IMG/VR virus record: IMGVR_UViG_3300027365_000045
Coordinates: 1 to 30,372 of that record
Reading direction: 5' to 3' (one strand)
Length of the DNA: 30,372 nt
Source: a virus
Lineage: Duplodnaviria > Caudoviricetes
The first letter of the stretch is position 1. Every line of letters begins with the position of its first letter. This document shows, in pieces, positions 16,918-25,468 of the stretch. Below the pieces are notes generated by a model. It worked only from the letters and a program-made list of their open reading frames with translations, searched no databases and had not been told where the DNA came from. A program made the translations under genes and the position numbers.

Positions 16918-17277
16918 ATGAAAAGAATCACCGCAATTGCCATCGTAGTTTCTACCGTTATTGGATGCTCATACGTCGGCGACGCCGGCGCAGCAACTCC
17001 GGTGTGCGAACAGATTTTTAATGACTCTGCGCTGGTTTCTTCTGGCCTGTACGATAGCCTAGCAAAAGGCACGCCAGCGGAAGCCGAAGATTACAAGCAG
17101 GCCACCATAGAAGCCTGCAATTCGGCGATCAAGGTTGCTCGCCAGGGCGTTGGCCCGGCACCTGTTGCATATATGCTGGCTAAGAGCGTCACACACAAAG
17201 ACTCACTGGATAGCCTGCTGTCGCTTACCCGCGTTGATGTGGTGATGAAGGGCTGGGCTTATGGGGCGGAGAAGTGA
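16918..17277 (+). CDS. exported protein, possible lipoprotein
   Basis: MKRITAIAIVVSTVIGC (VIGC fits a lipobox) or SPase I cleavage at AGA|A; two further Cys; SD GGAG 8 nt before ATG 16918. Confidence 0.7.
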   Translation: MKRITAIAIVVSTVIGCSYVGDAGAATPVCEQIFNDSALVSSGLYDSLAKGTPAEAEDYKQATIEACNSAIKVARQGVGPAPVAYMLAKSVTHKDSLDSLLSLTRVDVVMKGWAYGAEK

Positions 17278-17477
17278 TTATGTTTAAGAAAGGGCAGTTG
17301 GTTAAATCATTGAAGTATGGAGTCGAATATATTGTTTGTTCTGACGAGATATTTGGGCGGTATGTTCGCGTGAAAACGCCTGGCGGCATCCATGGCACTG
17401 TAAGAGCTCACGAAGTTAAATTAATCGGCAATAACTACCAGCCTAAACCACAACATGGCGATGGAGGTGAATGGTGA
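17274..17477 (+). CDS. small SH3-like phage protein
   Basis: FKKGQLVKS...VKLIGNNY; operon overlaps. Confidence 0.7.
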   Translation: MIMFKKGQLVKSLKYGVEYIVCSDEIFGRYVRVKTPGGIHGTVRAHEVKLIGNNYQPKPQHGDGGEW

Positions 17478-17707
17478 TAACTCTGGAAGAATTAAAGCGT
17501 AAAGGCTATTGCGTCACCTCCAGAAAGCATCGCTGCGTATCAAGAATCGACCGCAAAGACTGGAAGGAAGTTCTGGCCGAAAAGAATTTACCGGCTGACG
17601 CTGACCTGTATCGCAGATGCTATTCGAAAGACAACCTTGTCGTATCAAACGCCATGCTTGCGAAGCTGAAAAACTCTGCGCATGGATATCAGGAATATCG
17701 AGCCTAA
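17471..17707 (+). CDS. hypothetical basic protein
   Basis: 78 aa, SD GGAGGT. Confidence 0.7.
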   Translation: MVITLEELKRKGYCVTSRKHRCVSRIDRKDWKEVLAEKNLPADADLYRRCYSKDNLVVSNAMLAKLKNSAHGYQEYRA

Positions 17708-17732
17708 CACCTCAGCACGCTGATGGAGAGGA

Positions 17733-17969
17733 ATGATGAACGAGCAAAAACCAGTAGCATGGCGCGTAGGCGGATATGTGACAGCTGATTTTAAGTGGGC
17801 AGAGCGACGCAGCAATGAAGATAACCTCCTTCTTGAGCCATTGTATCTGCATCCTGTGATTACAGGGATTGACGAAAATCACTACGACCCGGAGCTTGAG
17901 CCTGGCCTTTATGTGGCGGAAATAATCACAAAGGGCGGGGCCGCGGTAATCAACGGTAAATTTAAATAA
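17733..17969 (+). CDS. hypothetical protein (Ea/Ead-like motifs)
   Basis: KPVAWR and EPLYLHP motifs; SD GGAGAGG. Confidence 0.7.
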   Translation: MMNEQKPVAWRVGGYVTADFKWAERRSNEDNLLLEPLYLHPVITGIDENHYDPELEPGLYVAEIITKGGAAVINGKFK

Positions 17970-17993
17970 GGCCCCTTTCGGGGCCTTTCTTTT
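17968..17993. terminator. terminator between the moron cluster and the tail tube gene
   Basis: AAGGCCCC-TTTC-GGGGCCTT followed by TCTTTT. Confidence 0.85.
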
Positions 17994-19158
17994 ATGCGTA
18001 AGCAATACGCTGAATTACGATGGAAGACAGCAGCTTATTACCAGTCGCTTGCCCTTCGATTGTCAGCGTGACCGACTCAGGGCCGCCAACTTCCGGCGTT
18101 GCAGCCGTCAGCTCGGCGCGCCTCAGAGTGAAAGACATTGCGCCGGTAACGCCAGACAGAATCGACGTCATCTCAACCTGAGTTTCATTCAGGAACAGAT
18201 TAAGAAGAGTCATGTCATACAGCTTACCTGCCAGAGAGAAGGTGTTAGCTGCACGCCCACGCTCAACGAATGCCACGCTGTCATTGCCCAGCTCGAACTG
18301 CGCAGACGTTGCGTTGTCGTTGGTAATGGTAAAGGTGTCGATAAGCTTCAGCGGCGCGGTGCCATTAAAGGCTGATACGTCAACGCTAGCGAACGGCTCG
18401 GCGTCAAAGCTGTACGGGAATGTTGAGCCAGCAGGCAGAGCGCTCAGCACCTGCTGAGACAGGCCGATGAACGGGAAGCTGCCAGTTACCATGGCATTAA
18501 CAGCCTGCTCAATGGAGAAGCCGGAGAACTCAACACCCTTCGTCAGCAGGTACGCATCGACCGTTCCGCATTTGCCGGTGAACACGGTAAGCACTGAGTA
18601 GGTCTTACACAGGTTGCCGGTTTCCAGCTTGTCAGCGACGATCAGGTCTGTTGCCGTGTCCGTTTCGTCGGTAAGCGCATGAGGAATCCCTGCGCCAGTT
18701 ACCACCAGAGCAGAGACTGCGGTGACGATGAAGGGCTTCGCGTTATCACCAGCCAAATCAGGGAAGGCAATCAGGTCGCCAACTTCCACGGCGGTAGTGA
18801 AGTCGCCAGCGGAACGGGTGAAGGTTTTTCCTGAAGCAGAAACGTCGATGGTCAGGCCAGCAACAGTCGAGCCAGCAACCCATGAGCTCGTCATCGCACC
18901 AGCCAGCAATTCATCCTGGCTCTGCGCGCTCAGTTCGATCGCGAATTCGCCGGTAATCTGTTTGTTACCGGTGCGGATAGATGACGTTTCACGGCTGCCG
19001 TCCAGTTCGTTGGAAACCAGCGCGTCGCGGGTAAGCGCAGGGACGCCGCCGGTGTTGCGCAGCGGATACCATGCAGGGTTTGTAGGGGTGACACCAGCAG
19101 TCACCTCTGGGATATAAAAGTGTGCCGTGTTCGCACCCTTAAACGGTTGGATAGACAT
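17992..19158 (-). CDS. major tail tube protein
   Basis: 388 aa, E.TAGVTP..P.W..LR.TG motif; synteny. Confidence 0.9.
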   Translation of the reverse strand: MSIQPFKGANTAHFYIPEVTAGVTPTNPAWYPLRNTGGVPALTRDALVSNELDGSRETSSIRTGNKQITGEFAIELSAQSQDELLAGAMTSSWVAGSTVAGLTIDVSASGKTFTRSAGDFTTAVEVGDLIAFPDLAGDNAKPFIVTAVSALVVTGAGIPHALTDETDTATDLIVADKLETGNLCKTYSVLTVFTGKCGTVDAYLLTKGVEFSGFSIEQAVNAMVTGSFPFIGLSQQVLSALPAGSTFPYSFDAEPFASVDVSAFNGTAPLKLIDTFTITNDNATSAQFELGNDSVAFVERGRAANTFSLAGKLYDMTLLNLFLNETQVEMTSILSGVTGAMSFTLRRAELTAATPEVGGPESVTLTIEGQATGNKLLSSIVIQRIAYA

Positions 19159-19160
19159 TG

Positions 19161-19580
19161 CTATATCCTCGCAGTGAAGGCAATGAAGTTAATGGTTAGT
19201 GGGCGTTTGGCCCATCCGTTTTCCACAATAAGCGGCCCCAGGCTAACCGACTGCACTTCTGCGCAGATAGCATTACGCTGGAACGATTTACCGGCCTTAA
19301 ACGCCGTATTAAGTAAGTCTGCCATTTTATTGATAGGCGCGCTACCTTTGGCGGAAGCATAGTTGATGTCAATCTGGTAAATACCGGCGCGCTGCTCAGT
19401 GAACCCTAAGTCCGCCTGTTCAGTGGGGGCTGGAAGCATGAACCCGGCAAGATAAGGCGTTGCAGTGCTGGTAGGAGCGTCAATATTCTCCAGCGCGATG
19501 GCAATGCTATTCGTGCTGCCAAATGACATCAGCGCCACGTCGAATACTTTTGTGAGGTCTTCAAAATAGGTTGCAGCCAT
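19161..19580 (-). CDS. tail terminator protein
   Basis: 139 aa, GIYQIDI motif; directly upstream of the tail tube gene. Confidence 0.8.
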   Translation of the reverse strand: MAATYFEDLTKVFDVALMSFGSTNSIAIALENIDAPTSTATPYLAGFMLPAPTEQADLGFTEQRAGIYQIDINYASAKGSAPINKMADLLNTAFKAGKSFQRNAICAEVQSVSLGPLIVENGWAKRPLTINFIAFTARI

Positions 19581-19975
19581 TATCTCACCTTCGCCGCCTC
19601 TTCGTTAAGTAACTGCTGGAACCGGGCAATATTAACACGAACCATCCCGACTGGTGCTTGTTTCGACCAGCCATACTCCAGGCGCTCCGAGTACGGAAGG
19701 TTATTTGTCAGGGTGAACACATCCCAACCAGGAGCATTTGTTATGAATGTAGCTGCGCTGTTTACAGCCTTTGCACCTGTAACATCAACCCCAGCAATTA
19801 ATCCAGTCGCCGGAGTGGCTCCAGTAGTCTGCCAGTTACCACGAAATCGCCCGGTATCAACAGGGCTTGCCTTTATGATCGCACTGAACAGCTTCAGCGA
19901 CACGGCGCGCATCACGGTTTCTGGATTCTTCTTTGCCTTCTCACAGAAGGCTTTGACATCCAATGAGAAACTCAT
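19580..19975 (-). CDS. tail completion / neck protein (HK97 gp10-like)
   Basis: SPVDTGRFRGNW, NNLPY..RLEYGWSKQAP.GMVR; start 19975. Confidence 0.85.
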   Translation of the reverse strand: MSFSLDVKAFCEKAKKNPETVMRAVSLKLFSAIIKASPVDTGRFRGNWQTTGATPATGLIAGVDVTGAKAVNSAATFITNAPGWDVFTLTNNLPYSERLEYGWSKQAPVGMVRVNIARFQQLLNEEAAKVR

Positions 19976-20331
19976 TTGCGCACCTGAATAAACCATGCCA
20001 CGATATCGTCGTTAACGATTTTCTTCTCGATACCTACGACAGACCATTGCTCTCCGCCGAACTCCACTTTGTCTTCTATCTTCGGCAACACACTATAGTC
20101 GGCTTTGACAACCATATCACCCGCCTGGATGGTTGTTCCGTTGACAAGGCCCGCGTTAACAGGCACCGGAACCGCAGTAAGAGGAATCTGAGTATCCGGC
20201 TGCTGCACGTATTCGCCAGCATCAGCATCCCATACTTTCGAGCCAGCGCGAATCAGCGTAACCGTGCTGCCGTATTTACCAAGCAGGCGCGTAGCAACGC
20301 CCTGCATTTTCTTGCTGAATGCCGTGCTCAT
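19972..20331 (-). CDS. head closure (stopper) protein
   Basis: 119 aa, GTTIQAGD motif, ends QVRK; synteny. Confidence 0.75.
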   Translation of the reverse strand: MSTAFSKKMQGVATRLLGKYGSTVTLIRAGSKVWDADAGEYVQQPDTQIPLTAVPVPVNAGLVNGTTIQAGDMVVKADYSVLPKIEDKVEFGGEQWSVVGIEKKIVNDDIVAWFIQVRK

Positions 20332-20945
20332 TATACTGGCTCCAGGCGTGAGATAACCAGCAACGCTGACGGCGCGGTACCCCAGGCGGTCACAGTTGCC
20401 ACCTGTGGATAAACACCACCGAAGTTTGATCCGGCGCTGTCGCGCATAATCTGGATAGCCAACGTTTGACCTGCGGTAGCATTAATGACGACACGTGAAT
20501 CTGTCGGAGTTGTAGCATCAGTCTGAGTCATCTTCACGCATGCAGCCGAGCCAAACTGAGCACCACCGAGCAAGATACGACTCAACAGGATGGATGTGCC
20601 AGTAGCTCCGGTACGACCACACTGCAATTTGATGCGCACCGCATAGTTACCGGCCACATTGAACGTCACCAGCCCGGCAGCATTAATCATAACCGGGTTG
20701 GATGCTGAGTTCTGCGCTGAGCCAAAGGTAAGCTGCAAAGCAGTGTCAACTGCAGTTGGCGCTTGCGCGACAGTGGAAGGTGCGCGCAGAACTTCGACCT
20801 CTTTCATACCAGATGCAGCATACAGCATTGAATCTGCAAGCTGGGTTGTTACTTCTCGCAGCTTTGCCGGAGTAATCGCACCAGTGTCGTTATCAGGAAG
20901 GTTATTCCCAATAAGGGTAAACATACCTGATTTATCGAGAGCCAT
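20331..20945 (-). CDS. virion neck/fibre-like structural protein
   Basis: 204 aa, LPDNDTGAITPAKLR N-terminus and a beta-rich C-terminal domain. Confidence 0.65.
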   Translation of the reverse strand: MALDKSGMFTLIGNNLPDNDTGAITPAKLREVTTQLADSMLYAASGMKEVEVLRAPSTVAQAPTAVDTALQLTFGSAQNSASNPVMINAAGLVTFNVAGNYAVRIKLQCGRTGATGTSILLSRILLGGAQFGSAACVKMTQTDATTPTDSRVVINATAGQTLAIQIMRDSAGSNFGGVYPQVATVTAWGTAPSALLVISRLEPV

Positions 20946-20947
20946 GA

Positions 20948-21460
20948 TTAACCCCTTGTCACTCTGAACTGGAAGCCGTTATTACCGCCACCACAAATTA
21001 ACGGCTTCAATGCATCCATGGCAGCAGTGATGGTAATGGTCGCGCCTGTTATCCCGTTGTCGGCGTATTGCACCGTAACTGCGCCCTCAACGCGCTCCAT
21101 GGTGGTAATGCGGCCATCGCTTGATGCTCGCACATCAGTTCCTTTGCCATACTCAACGGCGGCGGCTACCTGAGCCTTGATGACCTGCTTTGGAATGGAA
21201 TCATCTGCGACAGGGAAGCCATTAACAGTCACACCCTTGCGAGGGTATGCCAGGCTCTGCTCGGCGGAAACGCGAGCGCCGCACAGGGATGGCTCCTGCA
21301 GGTCGATGTAAGACGCGCCGTTGCGCAGCGCTGTTTCAGCCTCTGCATCATCAACCGGCAATGTCCAGCCAAACTTATCGGCCATTAGCCGCGCATCAGC
21401 GAGCGAGATGTATGAGTCAGCATCCGGCACGATGGCGCCTGTTTCCACGATAAGAGCCAT
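20948..21460 (-). CDS. head-tail adaptor
   Basis: MALIVETG...ADSYISLADA and QSLAYPR motifs. Confidence 0.82.
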   Translation of the reverse strand: MALIVETGAIVPDADSYISLADARLMADKFGWTLPVDDAEAETALRNGASYIDLQEPSLCGARVSAEQSLAYPRKGVTVNGFPVADDSIPKQVIKAQVAAAVEYGKGTDVRASSDGRITTMERVEGAVTVQYADNGITGATITITAAMDALKPLICGGGNNGFQFRVTRG

Positions 21461-21515
21461 ATGCTCCCCATTAAGTTATCCGTTATAACATTTCACATTA
21501 TGATTCACTGCGACA

Positions 21516-21541
21516 TAAAAATAAAGCGGCCAATGGCCGCT
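21516..21541 (-). terminator. intrinsic terminator after the capsid unit
   Basis: AGCGGCC-AUU-GGCCGCU followed by UUAUUUUU. Confidence 0.8.
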
Positions 21542-21544
21542 CTG

Positions 21545-21646
21545 TTAACTTGAAGCCTGCCGCTGCTTGCGTCGCTTCATGTTGTTGAGGATGGCGATCT
21601 GCATCGCACGCTCCTCTTTACTCAGCTTTGGTTTTGGCGCTTTCAT
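21545..21646 (-). CDS. small basic peptide (33 aa, or 19 aa from ATG 21604)
   Basis: MKAPKPKLSKEERAMQIAILNNMKRRKQRQASS; GAGGAG lies 6 nt before the internal ATG; ends just before the terminator. Confidence 0.5.
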   Translation of the reverse strand: MKAPKPKLSKEERAMQIAILNNMKRRKQRQASS

Positions 21647-21887
21647 TCTTCACCGCCTTTTTGGGCTTTTCATCTGCGCCAGCCAGCACAGCCGCAACAG
21701 CCTGCTTCATGCGCTCCTGCTCTGCATACTTCGCAAAGTGGGCTTCACGCGCACCGGCGTTGCATTGCTCCAGGGAGACTTCCTGCACGGCGTCTGCTGG
21801 CTTAATGGTGGCCTTGAGCTCTTCGATGGCCTCAAGATGCTTGCTGATTTCTGCCAGCACCTTCTCGTTGTGTTCGTTGTTTGTCAT
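21618..21887 (-). CDS. hypothetical protein after the capsid gene
   Basis: 89 aa, SD AAGGA. Confidence 0.75.
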   Translation of the reverse strand: MTNNEHNEKVLAEISKHLEAIEELKATIKPADAVQEVSLEQCNAGAREAHFAKYAEQERMKQAVAAVLAGADEKPKKAVKNESAKTKAE

Positions 21888-21904
21888 CGCACAATCCTTA
21901 ATTA

Positions 21905-21922
21905 ATGGGGCTTTCGCCCCAT
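21905..21922 (-). terminator. GAAA hairpin after the capsid gene (stabiliser or weak terminator)
   Basis: AUGGGGC-GAAA-GCCCCAU with no real U tract. Confidence 0.5.
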
Positions 21923-21953
21923 CATTTAGTTACACCGCAACACTCGCATTACA

Positions 21954-22967
21954 TTAATTCGATTTTAAAACCGCAAGTGCGACGTTCTTACGGTTGTACA
22001 CGCGGTTCCAGTTAGCTGCGGTCGCCAGCTCCGCCTGAGTTGCGGACTGACCGGCAACGGAAGCGGAAGTAAACTGGAAGCCCAGCGGATGGATGATATC
22101 TGAGCGACGGCTGTAGATGATGTCCTGACCGCCACCGTTACCGGCTGCTTCTTCACGGTCAATCGCAGACGGATTCTGCGGCATGCCTTCGCCCAGGCGG
22201 AACTCACCAGCACCAAACAGGATTGTGTAGTAGTACACGTTTGCCGGGGTGGTGCCGTAGGTCACGCCAGCCAGGGAGTCGTCAACGATGACTGTTTTGC
22301 CCTGATAAACCGGGATGTTAACTTCACCGCGAGCGTCAGGGATGAAGTCAATCAGGTTTAGCTTCTGCAACTTACGATACACAACGGAGTGCATTGCAAT
22401 AGCTGACAGCAGTTCGCCGTGGTCACCCATGGTCTGAACGGTGTCGATGATCGCATCTGCGCTTACGCGGTTAGCATCGGTAACAGTTCCGTCGGTAGCA
22501 ACAGAGATGTCGTGAACCATGTCACCGCCATCGTTCGCAACGTTGTCAGCAACCAGGCCGCGAACGGACTGAATGATGCGCTTCTCGTTGTTAGTCGCCC
22601 AGTATTGGCCGATACGACCGGTGATCGCCCCCATTGGGTCTTCCAGCGCCAGTTCACGCGCCAGGTCCATGGTAGACCATGACTTGTTTTGTGCAGCCAG
22701 GCGGTAAATCATCTTCGCAGAGGTGATTTTCGCCGGGGTAGACAGAGTCGCCGGGTTGTCGGTTGAGTAGTTTGGCTCTTCAGTGCCAAGCGGTTTGTAG
22801 AACGGCAGTTCGCCAATGTTACCGCCAACGGAAGCCATTGCGGTAAGCTGAGGGTCGACAACAGCAACGCCTGACTGAATGAAGCGGTTGAGCTCAATCT
22901 GCTTTTCCTGAACCGCAGCCTGGAAGACTAACGGGTTATAGATGTCTGCTAACTGTACTGTAGCCAT
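21954..22967 (-). CDS. major capsid protein
   Basis: 337 aa, FIQSGV, MHSVVY..L and HPLGFQF...NW.RV motifs; follows the scaffold gene. Confidence 0.92.
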   Translation of the reverse strand: MATVQLADIYNPLVFQAAVQEKQIELNRFIQSGVAVVDPQLTAMASVGGNIGELPFYKPLGTEEPNYSTDNPATLSTPAKITSAKMIYRLAAQNKSWSTMDLARELALEDPMGAITGRIGQYWATNNEKRIIQSVRGLVADNVANDGGDMVHDISVATDGTVTDANRVSADAIIDTVQTMGDHGELLSAIAMHSVVYRKLQKLNLIDFIPDARGEVNIPVYQGKTVIVDDSLAGVTYGTTPANVYYYTILFGAGEFRLGEGMPQNPSAIDREEAAGNGGGQDIIYSRRSDIIHPLGFQFTSASVAGQSATQAELATAANWNRVYNRKNVALAVLKSN

Positions 22968-22976
22968 GATGGTTCC

Positions 22977-23669
22977 TTATTTTTTACCTGAGAGTTGCGC
23001 ATATAGCGCCGGATTTTCATTGGCGAGCTTAGCCTTTTCGGTCAGCGTCATACTCGCAAAGTTTGTGGCCCCACCACGGAATTTGCCGCCATTGGCCCCG
23101 CCGCCGGTAGCTGCATCTGCTTTAATCAGATGCGAGAAAGCTTTGTGCTCACACAGATACTTCTTGAACTGCTCGATGTCAGTTGTGATGACTGCGCCAT
23201 CAGAACCAACGAACTTGGTAACTACGTCGTCGCCGTCGAATTCTGTGCGTACCAGCATGCCAAGCAGCTCAGTTGCACTTTCATCAATCAGCATACCAGA
23301 GAGAGAGCTTACGATAGCCTTCTTCTCGCTGGTAAGGATTCGCTCACTGCGCGCTTGCAGTGCTTTGTCTTTTGCCGCCAGCTCAGTATCGTACTGGCTG
23401 CGCAGGGTCTTCTCGAATGCTTCAAGTTCACCGGACTTCTTCGCCGCGTCCTGGTCAGCCAGGAGTTTTGCCGCAGCAGCTTCATCAGCAAGGCGCTTTG
23501 CTTCTTTCTTCTCAGCCAGCAGTTTTTCACTGTTTGCCTTCAGGCCAGCGGTGCGCTCGGCCACAATAGCCTCAAGCTCTTCCTCTGTGTAAACTTTTCC
23601 ACCGCCGCCAGATTTATCCGGGTCGGCCTCTTCGCACAGCACATTGAAATAATCCGATAACTTAAACAT
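22977..23669 (-). CDS. capsid scaffolding protein
   Basis: Coiled coil GLKANSEKLLAEKK, GGGA.GG linker, MTLTEKA...NP C-terminus. Confidence 0.88.
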   Translation of the reverse strand: MFKLSDYFNVLCEEADPDKSGGGGKVYTEEELEAIVAERTAGLKANSEKLLAEKKEAKRLADEAAAAKLLADQDAAKKSGELEAFEKTLRSQYDTELAAKDKALQARSERILTSEKKAIVSSLSGMLIDESATELLGMLVRTEFDGDDVVTKFVGSDGAVITTDIEQFKKYLCEHKAFSHLIKADAATGGGANGGKFRGGATNFASMTLTEKAKLANENPALYAQLSGKK

Positions 23670-23712
23670 TCTGCCCCCAAGGCAATTTGTGCGGCCCTGC
23701 CGCGTTGTTGAT

Positions 23713-23741
23713 ATGTTATAACAGGTTTAGTTGTGGTGCAA
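23713..23741 (-). promoter_or_regulatory. putative promoter for scaffold-capsid
   Basis: TTGCAC-17 nt-TAACAT. Confidence 0.55.
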
Positions 23742-23840
23742 TATTGTCGCAATCTTCGCCACGGCTCGCGCAGTTGCTAAATCACTTCCGTCTTTCCGGC
23801 TGCCAAGATGGTGATCACCTCCATCATTTGCCATTGCTGG

Positions 23841-24128
23841 CTAATACTCTTGCTCGGTAGACACGCCAATATCATCAAGAAGGCGATTGACTGTGTGCGT
23901 GGCAACGCTTAACGCACCGAGAATTGCGTAATAGTCTCGCGTAACGTGGCGGGCGCTGACAATGTCACCGCTATCAGCAATCCCAACCAGCACAAAAGAA
24001 CGGATATCTTCGGTATCAACTTTCTCAATAAGGTCGTTGAGGATTTCCTTAATGATATCTTTATCAGCCTCAACCGCTGGGTCAGGTTCGCCGTCTTTTA
24101 GTAGGGTGAATGGCTTAATGTTGCTCAT
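23841..24128 (-). CDS. hypothetical protein
   Basis: 95 aa, SD GAGGA, overlaps the end of Rz. Confidence 0.75.
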   Translation of the reverse strand: MSNIKPFTLLKDGEPDPAVEADKDIIKEILNDLIEKVDTEDIRSFVLVGIADSGDIVSARHVTRDYYAILGALSVATHTVNRLLDDIGVSTEQEY

Positions 24129-24558
24129 TGAATTTCCTCTCCCGCTCCTGGAAATACCGAATCTGCTTATCGGCCAGATTCATTTGCTCTCTGAGGCGGT
24201 AATAATCTTGTCGAGCTGATTCGTCAAGTTCGGCGGTTCCTGCATCGCCCACGCTGCCGCCGGTGGTGGTTTGGGGCACACACTTGGCTTTGACTGACAG
24301 CCGCTTAGTGCCAGCAGTGACATCATCACGCAGGCGGTCAATAGTGTTTTGCGCATCTGCTAAATCCTTCGTGTATTTGGCATCAAGCTCTGCTGCGGTC
24401 TTCTGCTGTGACTGCATGGTTGAGATGGTGGCGGAGGCCTTATCCAGCTCTTGCTGCGCGGCGCGGTACTTCTGCGCGTAATAGTGCGCAGAGTATGCAA
24501 TGGAACAGACAATCAGCAGGAAGAATGCCGCGATGAACGGCTTGTATTTGTCTAGCAT
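24115..24558 (-). CDS. Rz: i-spanin (Rz)
   Basis: N-terminal TM segment, then LDAKYTKDLADA...LRDDV.AG.KRL.V.A.C and A.L...ARQDYYRLR. Confidence 0.92.
   Translation of the reverse strand: MLDKYKPFIAAFFLLIVCSIAYSAHYYAQKYRAAQQELDKASATISTMQSQQKTAAELDAKYTKDLADAQNTIDRLRDDVTAGTKRLSVKAKCVPQTTTGGSVGDAGTAELDESARQDYYRLREQMNLADKQIRYFQERERKFNEQH
24180..24356 (-). CDS. Rz1: o-spanin lipoprotein (Rz1) embedded in Rz
   Basis: +1 frame: MRKTLLTACVMMSLLALSGCQSKPSVCPKPPPAAAWAMQEPPNLTNQLDKIITASESK; LSGC lipobox, Pro-rich, SD AAGGA. Missed by the ORF track. Confidence 0.92.
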   Translation of the reverse strand: MRKTLLTACVMMSLLALSGCQSKPSVCPKPPPAAAWAMQEPPNLTNQLDKIITASESK

Positions 24559-25004
24559 GACAAGAACAGGTCACGCTCTGCCGTGCGACGGCGACGCAGA
24601 CCAGCCTCAACAGATGAGCCAGGAGATACCCAGCGAAGGAATTCGTCGGCTGCGCCTTTGTAGTCTTTGGCGTTCAGCTTCTTCAGGAGGGTTGAGGTGC
24701 GGAAGTTGGTCGCACCCAGGTTGTATACGAATGACACCAGCGCGTCATACTGGCACTGCTTCAATGGCGCAGTGACAAGCGAGTCAACGGAGTTTGCAAA
24801 CTTCTTCACATCCTCGCGCAGATAGAGCTCTGCCTGACCTGGCGTTACTTTATCGCCCTGCTTAACTGGTCGGCCTGATGGAAACTTTGTCGTTCCGTAG
24901 CCAACAGTCCATGGGTTTCCGCCTGTTTTCGGGTCCGGGTACGCGTTAGCGCGGAAACCCTCAAATGACTTGATTAATTCGATACCTGCATCACTGACCT
25001 GCAT
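24552..25004 (-). CDS. endolysin, GH24 lysozyme
   Basis: IKSFEG...YPD...WTVGYG, QYDALVSFVYNLG and GLRRRR.AE..LF. Confidence 0.95.
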   Translation of the reverse strand: MQVSDAGIELIKSFEGFRANAYPDPKTGGNPWTVGYGTTKFPSGRPVKQGDKVTPGQAELYLREDVKKFANSVDSLVTAPLKQCQYDALVSFVYNLGATNFRTSTLLKKLNAKDYKGAADEFLRWVSPGSSVEAGLRRRRTAERDLFLSC

Positions 25005-25308
25005 TTGTCTTCACCCCTGTAATGCGCTCCCAGAAGTACGTGAGAGCTACTGAGCCCATTGTTCCGCTTACGCCTGCAATGACGAGCATCATATACAGAC
25101 CAGAACCGGAGTTTGCGCCGATAAGGCCGCCGATAAGACCGGTAAAACCAGACACGACAACCTGAGCGAGAGCATTGAAGAAGCTCCATGTGGCTTTGCT
25201 CTGTTTGATGTCGATGAGATACCGAACCAGGCCGCCCCAGCAAGCAATCACCAGTACGATTAACCAGGTAATCCCGGTAATGCTCTCTTTGTCTTGCATA
25301 CGTTTCAT
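24991..25308 (-). CDS. holin (LydA-like) with dual-start motif
   Basis: 105 aa with three hydrophobic segments, WGGLVRY and VVSGFTG; begins Met-Lys-Arg-Met; SD GGGGGTGG. Confidence 0.88.
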   Translation of the reverse strand: MKRMQDKESITGITWLIVLVIACWGGLVRYLIDIKQSKATWSFFNALAQVVVSGFTGLIGGLIGANSGSGLYMMLVIAGVSGTMGSVALTYFWERITGVKTNAGQ

Positions 25309-25468
25309 TTCCACCCCCATGCAGGGGACCTGTTCACTTAAGATTAATCTTAGATTATTACTGAACAAGTCCGATTAGACTCTGAATGCCGATTCATAGT
25401 CAACCTTCCTTGCAACAATAACCATAGCTCATTCTCATTATGCCGCAAATTGTTACTGTGTAACACAT

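Noticed and set aside
21950-21970. In-frame slippery heptamer U UUA AAA at the end of the capsid gene
   Set aside because: The -1 frame stops after a few codons (IELM-stop), so no capsid extension domain could result.
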